Part shown: positions 18,597 through 28,363 of the stretch, in pieces
Numbering within the stretch: position 1 is the first letter of the stretch
Layout of the letters: each line of letters begins with the position of its first letter
Origin: Verrucomicrobiales bacterium
GTDB taxonomy: Bacteria > Verrucomicrobiota > Verrucomicrobiia > Verrucomicrobiales > V1-33
Direction of reading: 5' to 3'
DNA length: 64,000 nucleotides
NCBI GenBank assembly: GCA_028293125.1
Contig: JAQGPJ010000062.1
Coordinates: 2,514-66,513, forward strand
Notes under the pieces: model-generated
Database searches by the model: none
What the model was told of the DNA's origin: nothing
What the model saw: only the letters and a program-made list of their open reading frames with translations
Translations under genes and position numbers: made by a program

Positions 18597-21500
18597 TCAG
18601 CCGTTCTTCACCACGCGGTAGAAGTAGCGCGTGGCAGGGGCGGGGGGAGCCGTCGCTTCCGACCAAGTGGAGCTGCTGTCGGCGGCATTCACCGTGCCCA
18701 CATCAATCCAGCCACTGAGGCCGGCGCTGCGCTGTACGGTGTAGCTGGCACCCGCCTGCGAGGCGAAGGTGAGGGACGCCAGGCCGTTGGTCCGGGAGAA
18801 GGCCGTGATCTGGAAGGAGGGATCCGCGACCACTCCGCCGCCCATGGCAAACAGGGCGGCCACTTCGGCATCGGAGATGGCGGTGTTGTAATACCGCAGA
18901 TCATCCAGCGCTCCCGAGAAGCTCTCGAACGCGGCTCCGTCCCCGCTTGAGGAGCCGATTGCGAAGCTGGTGGAGGGATTGATCAGGAAGGAGCCCTGGC
19001 CGAGCAGTGTCCCATCCAAGTACACCAGGATCTCCGGCGCGGCCCCGCCGTCGAGCGGACTGACGGAGAAGGCCATATGGTGCCATTCACCGGCGGTCAG
19101 TTCCACAGGGAAGTAGGCGTCCTTGATTCCGTAGGCTGTCAGGATAATCCCGGCAGGCGTCCCCTCCACGAAGTTCACGCCCACGCCCCAGCCGGGCCAG
19201 GAGGAGAGGATGCGTTGACGCCCCGTGGCCTCGCTGAACTTGAACCAAGTGGCGGCGGAGAAGTTCTCCGTGGCCCGCAGATCCATGTCCTCCAACAGGC
19301 TTCCGAGGCCGATTCTGAGGAAGTCCGTGCCGCTCAGCACGAGGGCGCCGTCGCCGATTTTGGCTTCGGCACCGGTGACCTGATAGCCTCCTCCGCCCAC
19401 GGCGGTGGCGGTGTCGTCACCCCCGGCGCTGTCCGCTCCGAGGTTCTCGGCGTCCTCAAAATCATAACGCGCCACGAGGCCCGCCGGGCGGTTGGGATCT
19501 GCGGGGTTGGTGGGATCGGTGTGCAGCACTGTGACCTCGTAGCCATCGGGATAACCATCACCGTCGGTGTCGGCTTTGTTGGGATCCGTACTGTGGAGGT
19601 CCTCCGCCGTGACCGCCTTCTCCGCGCCGTCGGGGATGCCGTCGCCGTCGGTGTCCACCTTCTTGGGATCGGTGCCGGTTTGGGTGGCGCTGACATAGAC
19701 GCCGCCGCCGTCCTCCGCGCCGTCCTCGATGCCGTCGCCGTCGGTGTCCTTGTTGTTGGGCAGCAGACCTCCGGTGTATTCCGTCAGGTTGCTCAGGCCG
19801 TCACCGTCCGGATCCCCGGCGGCGTCGGCGGGATCGTCAGGGTTCAGCCCATAGGCGCGCTCCCAGTTGGCGGGGATGCCATCCTTGTCGTCGTCGGAAT
19901 TCCCCACGGCGTACAGTTCCAGGATCTTCGCTTCCGTCAGGGCGGTGTCATAGATGCGGATTTCATCCAGCAGGCCGTTGAAGGCCTCGCCGGTGCTGCC
20001 GGCGGAGGCACTGCCGATCCCCAGGCTGGAAGCGCTGGTGTAGGGGCCATCATCCTGACGGATGAAAACTCCGTTCACATAGACCTGCGTGTAAACCACG
20101 CCGCTTTCATCCGCGGGCGTCACCACCACCGCCACGTGAGCCCATTTTCCGGCGATGATATCGGGGGCGTCGAAGAACTTGTCCTCCACCCCGTAGGTGG
20201 TCATGAGCACGCGGCCGGCGGGATTGCCGGCGGGCTCGTTGAAATCGACGCCCATGCCCCAGCCGCCGCCGGACAGAATGCGCTGGCGCCCCGTGGCACT
20301 GGCCACCCGGCACCAGGCGGAGATGGTGAAGTTCTCCGTGAAGGTGAAATCCGGGTCTTTTTCGCTGCTGCCGATGCCGACGCGGAGTCCCGCCGTGGTT
20401 CCGTTCAGCGAATAGGCGCCCGTGCCCGCCAGCGCCCCGGTGGTCACCACGGCTCCCCCGTCCTGGGTGCCGCTGTCATCCCCGCCGGAGCTGTCAAGCC
20501 CCGGGAAGTTGGGCAGCTCGAACCGGTATTCCGCGACCAGATTGGGAACCGGAGCGGGATCCAGGGCGTTGGTGGGATCGCTTTTGGAGACAAAAACCTC
20601 GTAATTGTCCGGCAACAGGTCGCCGTCGGTGTCGGCATTGTTGGGATCGGTGGCGTAAAGGTCCGTGCCCGAGGTCGCCTTTTCCGCGCCGTCCAGGATG
20701 GTGTCGCCATCGGTGTCGGAGTTTTTGGGATCGGTACCGGTCTGCGTGGCGTCCACATAGTCACCGCCGCCATCCTCCACGCCGTCCTTCAGGCCGTCAG
20801 CGTCGGTGTCGGCATTGTTCGGCAGCATGCCCTGGTCGTATTCGGTTTTGTTCGAAAGACCGTCCTGATCCAGATCCAGCGCGGCGTCCGCCGCGCTGTT
20901 GGAGTCCAGTCCGTAGGCCGATTCCCAGTAGTCCGGCAGGCCGTCCTTGTCGGTGTCCACCGAGCCGGCACTGTAAACTGCCAGCACGTCGGCCTCCGAC
21001 AGGGCACTGTCATAGTAGGACAGTTCGTCCAGCGCGCCGTTGAAGCCCTCGAAGCCGTTGCCGGCACTGCCGATGAGCAGGTTGCCGGTGGCGCTGTTGT
21101 AGGGACCGTCATCCTGGCCCAGCAGCTCCCCATTGAGATAGACGCGGGTGAAAACCGTGCCCTCCGGATCCGCCGGCATCACCACCACCGCCACATGGAA
21201 CCATTTGCCGGTGATGATCTCCGAAGCGTCTATAAACTTGTCCTCGACGGCGTAGGCCGTCATCAGAAGACGGGGAATGTCCGGATTGGTGAAATCCACT
21301 CCCAGTCCCCAGCCCGGGGCGGTGGAGAAAATGCGCTGGCGTCCTGTGGCTGTGGAAAGCCGGAACCAGCCGGAGACGGAGAAGTTCTCCGTGGCGGTGA
21401 ACCCGGCGTCCACCTCAGCGGCCTGGGCGATGGTGAAGCCGGGGGTTCTGCCATCCAGCAGCCACGCGCCGGCTCCCGACAGAGCGCCGGTGGTGATACG

Positions 21501-21686
21501 TTCGCCCCCGTCCTTCGTGGCGGTGTCATCGCCGCCCGCGCTGTCCAGACCAGGCTCGGCGGCGTTGTCGAACTGGTAGTAGGCGGTGCGCGCCGCCTGA
21601 AGGGAGACAGCCGGCACCAGGAGGGCGACCGCGACGGCCCCGAGAGGCAGCAGGCGCTGGAGGGAATTTTTAGGAGGGATCTGCAT
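18597..21686 (-). CDS. Secreted protein with three LamG (concanavalin-A-like) domains, two TSP3 Ca-binding repeat arrays and the shared C-terminal module
   Basis: Signal peptide MQIPPKNSLQRLLPLGAVAVALLVPAVSLQA. Three homologous units start at aa ~36, ~384 and ~736 (YxF(D/E)...GLDS(A/S)GGDD...ENF(S/T)xSxWF...ATGRQRI(F/L)S...WHxVAVV...LDE(L/I)xxYD). DxDxDG repeats lie between units. Confidence 0.85.
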   Translation of the reverse strand: MQIPPKNSLQRLLPLGAVAVALLVPAVSLQAARTAYYQFDNAAEPGLDSAGGDDTATKDGGERITTGALSGAGAWLLDGRTPGFTIAQAAEVDAGFTATENFSVSGWFRLSTATGRQRIFSTAPGWGLGVDFTNPDIPRLLMTAYAVEDKFIDASEIITGKWFHVAVVVMPADPEGTVFTRVYLNGELLGQDDGPYNSATGNLLIGSAGNGFEGFNGALDELSYYDSALSEADVLAVYSAGSVDTDKDGLPDYWESAYGLDSNSAADAALDLDQDGLSNKTEYDQGMLPNNADTDADGLKDGVEDGGGDYVDATQTGTDPKNSDTDGDTILDGAEKATSGTDLYATDPNNADTDGDLLPDNYEVFVSKSDPTNALDPAPVPNLVAEYRFELPNFPGLDSSGGDDSGTQDGGAVVTTGALAGTGAYSLNGTTAGLRVGIGSSEKDPDFTFTENFTISAWCRVASATGRQRILSGGGWGMGVDFNEPAGNPAGRVLMTTYGVEDKFFDAPDIIAGKWAHVAVVVTPADESGVVYTQVYVNGVFIRQDDGPYTSASSLGIGSASAGSTGEAFNGLLDEIRIYDTALTEAKILELYAVGNSDDDKDGIPANWERAYGLNPDDPADAAGDPDGDGLSNLTEYTGGLLPNNKDTDGDGIEDGAEDGGGVYVSATQTGTDPKKVDTDGDGIPDGAEKAVTAEDLHSTDPNKADTDGDGYPDGYEVTVLHTDPTNPADPNRPAGLVARYDFEDAENLGADSAGGDDTATAVGGGGYQVTGAEAKIGDGALVLSGTDFLRIGLGSLLEDMDLRATENFSAATWFKFSEATGRQRILSSWPGWGVGVNFVEGTPAGIILTAYGIKDAYFPVELTAGEWHHMAFSVSPLDGGAAPEILVYLDGTLLGQGSFLINPSTSFAIGSSSGDGAAFESFSGALDDLRYYNTAISDAEVAALFAMGGGVVADPSFQITAFSRTNGLASLTFASQAGASYTVQRSAGLSGWIDVGTVNAADSSSTWSEATAPPAPATRYFYRVVKNG
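19497..19898 (-). repeat. TSP3-type Ca-binding repeat array 2 inside the LamG gene (aa ~597-730)
   Basis: SDDDKDG, DPDGDG, DTDGDG, DTDGDG, DTDGDG motifs. Paralogous to array 1. Confidence 0.7.
20562..20960 (-). repeat. TSP3-type Ca-binding repeat array 1 inside the LamG gene (aa ~243-375)
   Basis: Runs of DTDKDG, DLDQDG, DTDADG, DTDGD, DTDGD motifs spaced ~12-25 aa apart. Confidence 0.7.
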
Positions 21687-21983
21687 GTGATAGTTTTATG
21701 AGTATTTCGTGAGGAGGGAGAGGGTGCCGGAGCAAAATCCGGCTTTTTTCAACAATGACGGGATGGAGGGCGAACCTGGCCGGGGACCAGCCCCCTTACC
21801 GCCCAGGCGCTGCGGGCAGAAGAGGTGCCAGCGGAGCCACGCGAACAAGGCTGTATCATTTTAGTATCATTATTGGGCGGAAGTGATTTATTTCAGGCGC
21901 ATTTTTGGATTTTTTAATAAGACGAACAGGTGAAAAATATTAACCTTGGAAAATAACCGCAAGAAAATTCCCACCCCGCACTC

Positions 21984-22009
21984 AAAAAACCGCCCGCGCC
22001 GCAGCGGGC
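21984..22009 (-). terminator. Intrinsic terminator downstream of the rloB-like gene
   Basis: Stem GCCCGC (21992-21997) / GCGGGC (22004-22009) with a 6-nt loop. On the minus strand it is followed by G + T6 (A6 at 21984-21989). Confidence 0.55.
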
Positions 22010-22321
22010 TTCCTTGGCCCCGGATCCCGCACGCCTTTCCAAGCAGGCGTGGAGGCAGGCTTATATGCAGCGTTTTCCGCCAAGCTTTTCAGCAGGTTCC
22101 AAAAAGCCAAATGCTGACCAATGATAACTCAATAATTTCTTAATAATATCGCCATTGAACACCTTCACCCACCCTGCCCGGCCCACCCCCGCCACCGCAG
22201 CCGGATCTCTTCCGTGTCCACCATGATTCTCTTTGGTCAGGCCCAACGGTCCCTTGGGAAAGATTGCGGAATTCCGTGATACGCCTACAGGCCTGCCCCC
22301 TCCTGCAGGCGGCAGTCAGCC

Positions 22322-22954
22322 TCAGCGCTCACTTTCAAAAATCGCTTTCATCAGACGGTAAAAATGAGTTCCCGCTGACTTGGGCCAGTCCCCCTTTGGA
22401 TTGGGATCCATTTTCCCGGCTCTCCCAATTGCCAATTCCGCTCTTTCCCTTGGAAAATGCTCCATGGGAACATTGATTTTGCTGTAGCCGTTCGGAAGCA
22501 GCCGCCTCAGCAGGGTCACCACACTTTCCGCATTGGGAGCATCAGGCAATTCTGACAAATCCTTCGCCACATGCAGCAGGAGCCATACTTCGAAGCAGGG
22601 ATTGCTGATGGCTGGCCGGGCGTCAATCTGTTTGGCCTGTTTGAACGCGCCCACCCAGGCGGGAATATGATTGGGCCGCACCCAATGATCCGTATCCAAG
22701 GCGAACCATAATTGATTGCCTTCACCAAAATCATACCTGGCCACAGCGGCTTTCAGCCGGTCCACCACATGCTGCGGAGAGGAGTTGTTGTCCTCGGTTG
22801 GCAGGGTCACCACTTTCACCCGCCGAAACTTCAGGCCGTCAAAATACTGTTTGACAGCGTAGCAGTCCTCACTCGCGACTAAAAAAATCCGGTCATCCCT
22901 TTCCTGAAGTTCCTGACGCCCCAAGGGGCGCTTTTTTCTGGAAGTGAGCGCCAT
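22322..22954 (-). CDS. RloB-like (AbiLii-like) protein, putative TOPRIM-type nuclease partner
   Basis: 210 aa. Hallmark RloB motif AISNPCFEVWLLLHV. Acidic IFLVASEDC and FALDTDHW motifs are arranged like a TOPRIM Glu / DxD pair. The start lies 5 nt after the stop of the upstream ATPase gene. Confidence 0.8.
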   Translation of the reverse strand: MALTSRKKRPLGRQELQERDDRIFLVASEDCYAVKQYFDGLKFRRVKVVTLPTEDNNSSPQHVVDRLKAAVARYDFGEGNQLWFALDTDHWVRPNHIPAWVGAFKQAKQIDARPAISNPCFEVWLLLHVAKDLSELPDAPNAESVVTLLRRLLPNGYSKINVPMEHFPRERAELAIGRAGKMDPNPKGDWPKSAGTHFYRLMKAIFESER

Positions 22955-22959
22955 AAAAA

Positions 22960-24360
22960 TCAGGATGCGGCAGCTGCTTTCGGACGCTTTTTGGGCGCTG
23001 GCTTTTCGATGGCCGGCTCGGGGAACAGTTTATCCAGTCCTCCCAAAAACGGAATGGCTCCAAACCGGCCATTGAGGTAGCCACTGTCCACCTTCAAATC
23101 CGTGCGCACTTTGAATTCCGCGAGCGAGTACAGGTGGGAAGCCCCGTCCTCGTTCTTCTCAACAAACCAGATCTCATCCCGCCTGAATAAGTCCAGATCC
23201 AGCAGATTGGTGTCATGCGTGGTCAGGATCATTTGAGATTGATGGCCGGTGTTCTCCGCAATGAAATATTCGATGAACCTGCGCGCCAGCAGCGGGTGCA
23301 GGCTGCGGTCAATTTCGTCAATGACAATCACCATCGGTTCGGATCTGCTGAGGAAAAGAGCCGGCAGCAGATGGGTCAGACGGCGGGTTCCATCGGAATG
23401 CTCGGAAAAAGGGAGGCTGGTTTTGAATCCTCCTGAACCCACTTCAGTTTCCAGATAATGCCCCATGAATGTGCCGTCTGGCATGACCTCAACCCCTGGG
23501 CAATTATCCTTATTTTTCGCCGCTTTCGCCATCAGCACATCCGCATTTGCCGGATCTGCTTGCAGACGTTCACCAAACACTTTGGAAAACAGCACCGGAC
23601 GCGAGGCGATGCTCAGCGTTTTGACACCTGTTGAAGCGTTGACTAAAAATTCCTCTGTAAACTCCCGGACGTTATTATTAATCCTCAAAAAATTCGGCAA
23701 GCCGTAGAAAAATGGATCCGGACTGATAATCCTCAATGTCTCAATAAACCATTTCCGCAGCAGTCCAAAAATTTCACCTTGCTCAACCGGCGGCAAGCTT
23801 CCCGCGAGTGTGCTGACAAACAGCTGGTTTGGCAACGCACCCACTTGAGCCTGAGCTTTCAGCTTGTCGCCACCCAAAAACCTGGCCATCAGCCTGCTTC
23901 CGGACAATTTCACGGTGACTGAACTGCCGTCTGTGACTCTTTCGAAGATAATCTGCTCCCGCTTTCCTTGGATCCGGATCAGCCATTCCTCCAGAATAAC
24001 CTCATTGTCCATTTTGAACCCATACTCAAGCAGATGCCCTCCGGTGAGAATGCGGATTTCAAGCACTGTGGGCTCCGATCGTGCTTTCTGGCTCAAAACG
24101 AAAGGATCATGGGGCACTCCTTTCCCGGAACGGGTGCCATGCAGCACCAAGCTCTGCATCAAAGTCAGAGCCCGGACCAGATTGGACTTCCCTGCCCCGT
24201 TCGCCCCGTAAAAAATGGCGGTCGGTAGAACATGCTCCCCCTGATCCGGCAAAGGCAGCAGATGGCTTTCATGGTCCTTGATCCGTGAATTGGCGATCAT
24301 GGAGAGAGTTTGCTCCCCATGAAAAGACCGGTAATTCGTCACGGTGAAGGAAATAAGCAT
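22960..24360 (-). CDS. AAA_21/ABC-type ATPase (RloA/AbiLi-like), partner of the RloB-like protein
   Basis: Preferred ATG at 24360 (MLISFTVTNYRSFHGEQTL; the track starts at a TTG at 24387). Walker A FYGANGAGKSN, ABC-signature-like SDGTRRL, Walker B VIVIDEIDRSLHP, H-loop TTHD, C-terminal GRFGAIPF. Confidence 0.85.
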   Translation of the reverse strand: MLISFTVTNYRSFHGEQTLSMIANSRIKDHESHLLPLPDQGEHVLPTAIFYGANGAGKSNLVRALTLMQSLVLHGTRSGKGVPHDPFVLSQKARSEPTVLEIRILTGGHLLEYGFKMDNEVILEEWLIRIQGKREQIIFERVTDGSSVTVKLSGSRLMARFLGGDKLKAQAQVGALPNQLFVSTLAGSLPPVEQGEIFGLLRKWFIETLRIISPDPFFYGLPNFLRINNNVREFTEEFLVNASTGVKTLSIASRPVLFSKVFGERLQADPANADVLMAKAAKNKDNCPGVEVMPDGTFMGHYLETEVGSGGFKTSLPFSEHSDGTRRLTHLLPALFLSRSEPMVIVIDEIDRSLHPLLARRFIEYFIAENTGHQSQMILTTHDTNLLDLDLFRRDEIWFVEKNEDGASHLYSLAEFKVRTDLKVDSGYLNGRFGAIPFLGGLDKLFPEPAIEKPAPKKRPKAAAAS

Positions 24361-24740
24361 GGCATTTTTTGCGGGAAAGCGGGGCAATCACACGACTTTA
24401 TCCGGAATTTTGAGAAATTCTCCCGTGATTGTGTGATTTTTTCACAAATCCAGCTCAAAACGGATTACTTGGCCGCAAAACATTCCGTTCGCCGCCACTG
24501 GCCTGATCCAACCATCCATCAGGAGCTACTGAGTTTGCTGACCACCGCCGGAGTGCTGGCGGGATAGATCATCCTTTTCAAATCGGGCAGCAGGCCGCTG
24601 CCCGATTGCCTTGGTTTCACATGGCTGTGCCCTCCATCTCTTCGTGCGGAACGGGTTTGCCCAGGAAGAACTGGAGAAGACTTGGCCCTGTGGCTGCCGG
24701 GGTATTTGACATACAGCTGGCAAATCGCCAGACTGAGCCC

Positions 24741-25046
24741 ATGAAAATGACCTTGGATTTACCGGACGAATTGATCATGGAATTGAAAATCCGGGCTGGG
24801 ATTGAGAAGCGGACCGTGAAGGACATCGTGATCGAATTTTTCCGGCAGGGCCTTGGCCTGTCCCCTTTGGCATTGAAAAAGCACCGCCCGGCCAGCGCCA
24901 TGGTGGTGATGGATGATGAAGGCCTGCCGATCATCCGGTGCAGGCCCCACGCTCCCGCCACCCGCATGAGCCCGGCGGAACTGCTGACCCTTGAACAGGA
25001 AGCTCAAACTGAGGAGGATTTGAGGCGTGCTGGTTTCCTTGTCTGA
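24741..25046 (+). CDS. Ribbon-helix-helix (Arc/MetJ/VapB-like) antitoxin-type protein, apparently orphan
   Basis: From the ATG at 24741: MKMTLDLPDELIMELKIRAGIEKRTVKDIVIEFFRQGL is a classic RHH N-terminus, with an acidic C-terminal tail ...LTLEQEAQTEEDLRRAGFLV. No intact toxin ORF follows. Confidence 0.65.
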   Translation: MKMTLDLPDELIMELKIRAGIEKRTVKDIVIEFFRQGLGLSPLALKKHRPASAMVVMDDEGLPIIRCRPHAPATRMSPAELLTLEQEAQTEEDLRRAGFLV

Positions 25047-25159
25047 TACACATGTTGGACCGCTGCGGTTTCACCATGTATCTCGGCGGTCAGCAGGTCA
25101 GAACTCATTCAAATCTGGCATGGGGTCTCAGCATCAGCCACAGCCGGAATCCCATTTCA

Positions 25160-28100
25160 TCACATCCACCCCGCGCACAGCAGTTCCGCCTGACGCAGCA
25201 CGGTCCTCACCGCCTCATCCGCCAGATCCGGCGGGTAGCCGTGCCTGTTGAGAATCCGCTTCACCATCACCTTGATCCTCGCCCGCGCGCTTTCTCTGAG
25301 GGTCCAGTCAATGGTCACGCTCTTACGCACCTGGGTGATCAGTTCCGCCGCGATGATTTTCAGTTTGGCGTCGCCCATGGCGGTGACCGCGCTGTCATTC
25401 ACGGCCAGGGCATCGTAAAATGCGATCTCATCGTCGGTCAGTCCCAGATCCTCCCCGCGCTTGGTGGCCGCGTCGAGGTCCTTGGCCAGTTTGATCAGCT
25501 CCTCAATCACCTGCATGGTGGAGATGGCCCGGTTGTGATAGCCGTTGAGCGTTTTTTTGAGCTTTTCGGAGAAGACCTGACTCTGCACCAGATTCCGCTG
25601 TGACCGCGTTTTCAGTTCATCCTTCAGCAGCTTCTCCAACAGTTCGGCGGCGACGTTTTTATGTTTCAGTCCCCGCACCTCCGCGAGGAACTGGTCGGAC
25701 AGAATGGAAATGTCCGGCTTCCGCAGCCCGGCGGCGGTGAAGACATCAATGATCTCCCCCTCGGGGGTGATGGCTTTGGAAACCAGTTGCCGGATGGCGG
25801 CGTCGATCTGCTCCGGTGACTTGCGGTTCTCCCCTGACTTCTTGTTCAGCGCGGCATGGAGCGTCTGGAAAAAGGAGACGTCATCGCGGATCGCCGTGGC
25901 CTCATCGCTGGCGGCACAGAGGGCGAAGGCGCGGGAAAGCTCCATCACTATCTGCCCCCAACGCTTTTTGCCGTCCTCCTGCTGAAGAATGTGCTCCTGC
26001 CCCGCTGGGATCAGCGCCAGGCGCTGCGCGGGCGTGCCGGTGGTCCACAGGCTCCAATTGAAGCCGTGCATCAGGTCGCAGGCGATGCCGTGTTTCTCCA
26101 GCATCACTTCGATGGCTTTATCGGTATTGAAGGTTGGGCTGCCCTGCCCGCCGCTTTCGGTGTAGGTTGCCAAGGCTTTTTTCAACTGGTCCGCCAAGCC
26201 CAGATAATCCACCACCAGCCCGCCGGGTTTGTCGCGGAAGACGCGGTTCACCCGCGCGATGGCCTGCATCAGACCGTGGCCCTGCATCGGTTTGTCGGCA
26301 TACAGGGTGTGCAGACACGGCGCGTCGAATCCCGTCAGCCACATGTCCCGCACGATCACGATGCGGAAGGGATCCCCGGCGTCCTTGAAGCGGTTGGCCA
26401 GCTTGCGGCGCCTGTCCTTGCTGCGGATGTGCGGCTGCCAGTCGGGGCCGTCGTCGGCGCCGCCGGTCATGACCACTTTCACCACACAGCGGCGGCCCTT
26501 TTCGGATTCCGCGTCGTCCTCCGGGGTGCTGGCCCAGTCAGGGCGCAGTTGGATCAGCGCATCGTGGAGATCCACACAAATCCGGCGGCTCATGCAGACA
26601 ACCATGGCCTTGCCGTCCATGGCCTCCACCCGCTTCTCGTAATGCGCCACCAGATCCGCCGCCACCTTGGCGATGCGTTTGGGATCGCCCACCAGCGCCT
26701 CCAGCGCGGCCCACTTGGTTTTCAGCTTCTCCTTCCGGGTCAGCTCCTCGCCCTCGGTGATCTCCTCGAATTCCTCGTCAATCTTCGGCAGCTCCGCCGC
26801 GTTCAGACTGAGCTTGGAAATGCGGCTCTCGTAATAAATCGGCACCGTGGCCTTGTCCGCCACCGCCCGCTGGATGTCGTAGATGGAGATGTAATCCCCG
26901 AACACCGCGCGTGTGTTGGCATCCGTCTTTTCAATGGGTGTTCCCGTGAAGCCGATGAAGGAGGCGTTCGGCAGGGCATCGCGCAGATTGCTGGCGAAGC
27001 CGTAGGACATTTCCCCCGTCTTTGGATTCACCCTGCCACCGAAGCCATATTGGCTGCGGTGGGCCTCGTCGGCGATCACCACAATATTCCGCCGGGCGCT
27101 CAGTTCGGGCATTTCCCCACCCCGCTCCGGCATGAATTTGTGGATGGTCGTGAAGATCACCCCGCCGCTGGCCCGATTTAGAAGCTCCCGCAGGTGATCC
27201 CGCCCGGCCGCCTGCACCGGCGTCTGGCCCAGCAGCTCCACACAGCGCTGGAACTGCCCGAAAAGCTGGTCATCCAGATCATTCCGGTCTGTCAGCACCA
27301 CCAGCGTGGGGTTTTGCATGGCCGGATGCCGCACCACCCGCGCCGCAAAGAAAAGCATGGAGAAACTCTTGCCACTGCCCTGGGTGTGCCACACCACCCC
27401 CGCCCGTCGGTCCCCCGGCTGCCCGCCCTCCATGCGCCTCGCCCAGCTGGTGCCGGTGGCCGAGGTGTCGTCGCCCATGACATTCCTCTCCACCGCCATC
27501 CCGCTGGCCCGCACCGTTTCCTCCACCGCCGCATTCACCGCGTGGAACTGATGGTAACCCGCCAGGATCTTGTGCAGCGCCCCGCTGTCCGGGTCCTCCT
27601 CAAAAACGATGAAATGCTGGAGCAGATCCAGAAACCGCCGCCGCTCAAAGACCCCGCGCGTCAGCACCTCCAGCTCCAGCGAGCCCTTCGGCGCGTCGCC
27701 CTCCCCATTGATGGTGCGCCAGACCTTGAACCACTCCTGGTTCGCGGTCACGGACCCGATCCGCGCCTCCACCCCGTCGCTCACCACCAGGGCCGCATTG
27801 TAATGCAGCAGGGAGGGAATCTGCGCCTTGTAGGTCTGCAGCTGCGCGTAGGCGCTCCAGAGGGTCGCGCTCTCGTCCGCCGCGTTCTTCAGCTCGATCA
27901 GCCCCAGCGGCAGGCCGTTCACAAAAACCACGATGTCCGGCCGCCGCTGATGCTGCCCCTCGATCACCGTGAACTGATTCACGGCCAGCCAGTCATTCCC
28001 CCGCTCATCCGCAAAATCCACCAGCCGCACCCGGTCCCCCGCGATGCTGCCGTCCGCGCGCGGATATTCCACCTCCACCCCGTCCCGCAGCATGCGGTGA

Positions 28101-28363
28101 AACGCGTGGTTGGTCTGGTTCAGCGAAGGCGTCCCCACCCGCAGCACTTTCCGCTGGGCCTCCTCCCGCGCCTCCTCCGGAATATCCGGATTCAAACGCC
28201 GGACCGCCTCCCGCAGCCGCCCTCTCAGCACCACGTCCGCAAACGACGCCCGCTCGGCCTCCGGTTCCCCCGGTGCCAGATGCGGGCCGTGCCCGACCGC
28301 GTAGCCCAGTTCCCCGAACCATTCGAGGGCGGCGTCTTCGATCATGGATTCGTTGAGGCTCAT
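25160..28363 (-). CDS. hsdR: Type I restriction enzyme, R (restriction/translocase) subunit
   Basis: 1067 aa. The N-terminus [21 protein letters not shown] is typical of HsdR. Has a nuclease-region motif ([19 protein letters not shown]), SF2 helicase motifs ([18 protein letters not shown]) and a C-terminal helical domain. Confidence 0.95.
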   Translation of the reverse strand: MSLNESMIEDAALEWFGELGYAVGHGPHLAPGEPEAERASFADVVLRGRLREAVRRLNPDIPEEAREEAQRKVLRVGTPSLNQTNHAFHRMLRDGVEVEYPRADGSIAGDRVRLVDFADERGNDWLAVNQFTVIEGQHQRRPDIVVFVNGLPLGLIELKNAADESATLWSAYAQLQTYKAQIPSLLHYNAALVVSDGVEARIGSVTANQEWFKVWRTINGEGDAPKGSLELEVLTRGVFERRRFLDLLQHFIVFEEDPDSGALHKILAGYHQFHAVNAAVEETVRASGMAVERNVMGDDTSATGTSWARRMEGGQPGDRRAGVVWHTQGSGKSFSMLFFAARVVRHPAMQNPTLVVLTDRNDLDDQLFGQFQRCVELLGQTPVQAAGRDHLRELLNRASGGVIFTTIHKFMPERGGEMPELSARRNIVVIADEAHRSQYGFGGRVNPKTGEMSYGFASNLRDALPNASFIGFTGTPIEKTDANTRAVFGDYISIYDIQRAVADKATVPIYYESRISKLSLNAAELPKIDEEFEEITEGEELTRKEKLKTKWAALEALVGDPKRIAKVAADLVAHYEKRVEAMDGKAMVVCMSRRICVDLHDALIQLRPDWASTPEDDAESEKGRRCVVKVVMTGGADDGPDWQPHIRSKDRRRKLANRFKDAGDPFRIVIVRDMWLTGFDAPCLHTLYADKPMQGHGLMQAIARVNRVFRDKPGGLVVDYLGLADQLKKALATYTESGGQGSPTFNTDKAIEVMLEKHGIACDLMHGFNWSLWTTGTPAQRLALIPAGQEHILQQEDGKKRWGQIVMELSRAFALCAASDEATAIRDDVSFFQTLHAALNKKSGENRKSPEQIDAAIRQLVSKAITPEGEIIDVFTAAGLRKPDISILSDQFLAEVRGLKHKNVAAELLEKLLKDELKTRSQRNLVQSQVFSEKLKKTLNGYHNRAISTMQVIEELIKLAKDLDAATKRGEDLGLTDDEIAFYDALAVNDSAVTAMGDAKLKIIAAELITQVRKSVTIDWTLRESARARIKVMVKRILNRHGYPPDLADEAVRTVLRQAELLCAGWM

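Noticed and set aside
21726-21749. Plus-strand terminator-like hairpin GCCGGA/TCCGGC + T6 just upstream of the LamG gene start
   Set aside because: No plus-strand gene ends nearby that it could terminate. It may be coincidental or part of the LamG 5' region, so it is not annotated.
21687-22321. Search for an att-type direct repeat of the tRNA-Thr 3' end, or an integrase, at the distal island border
   Set aside because: Only 5-9-nt chance-level matches were seen (e.g. TGGAG...GAACC near 21765, TCATTTT.AG near 21875). There is no integrase or transposase ORF anywhere in the island, so mobility cannot be claimed.
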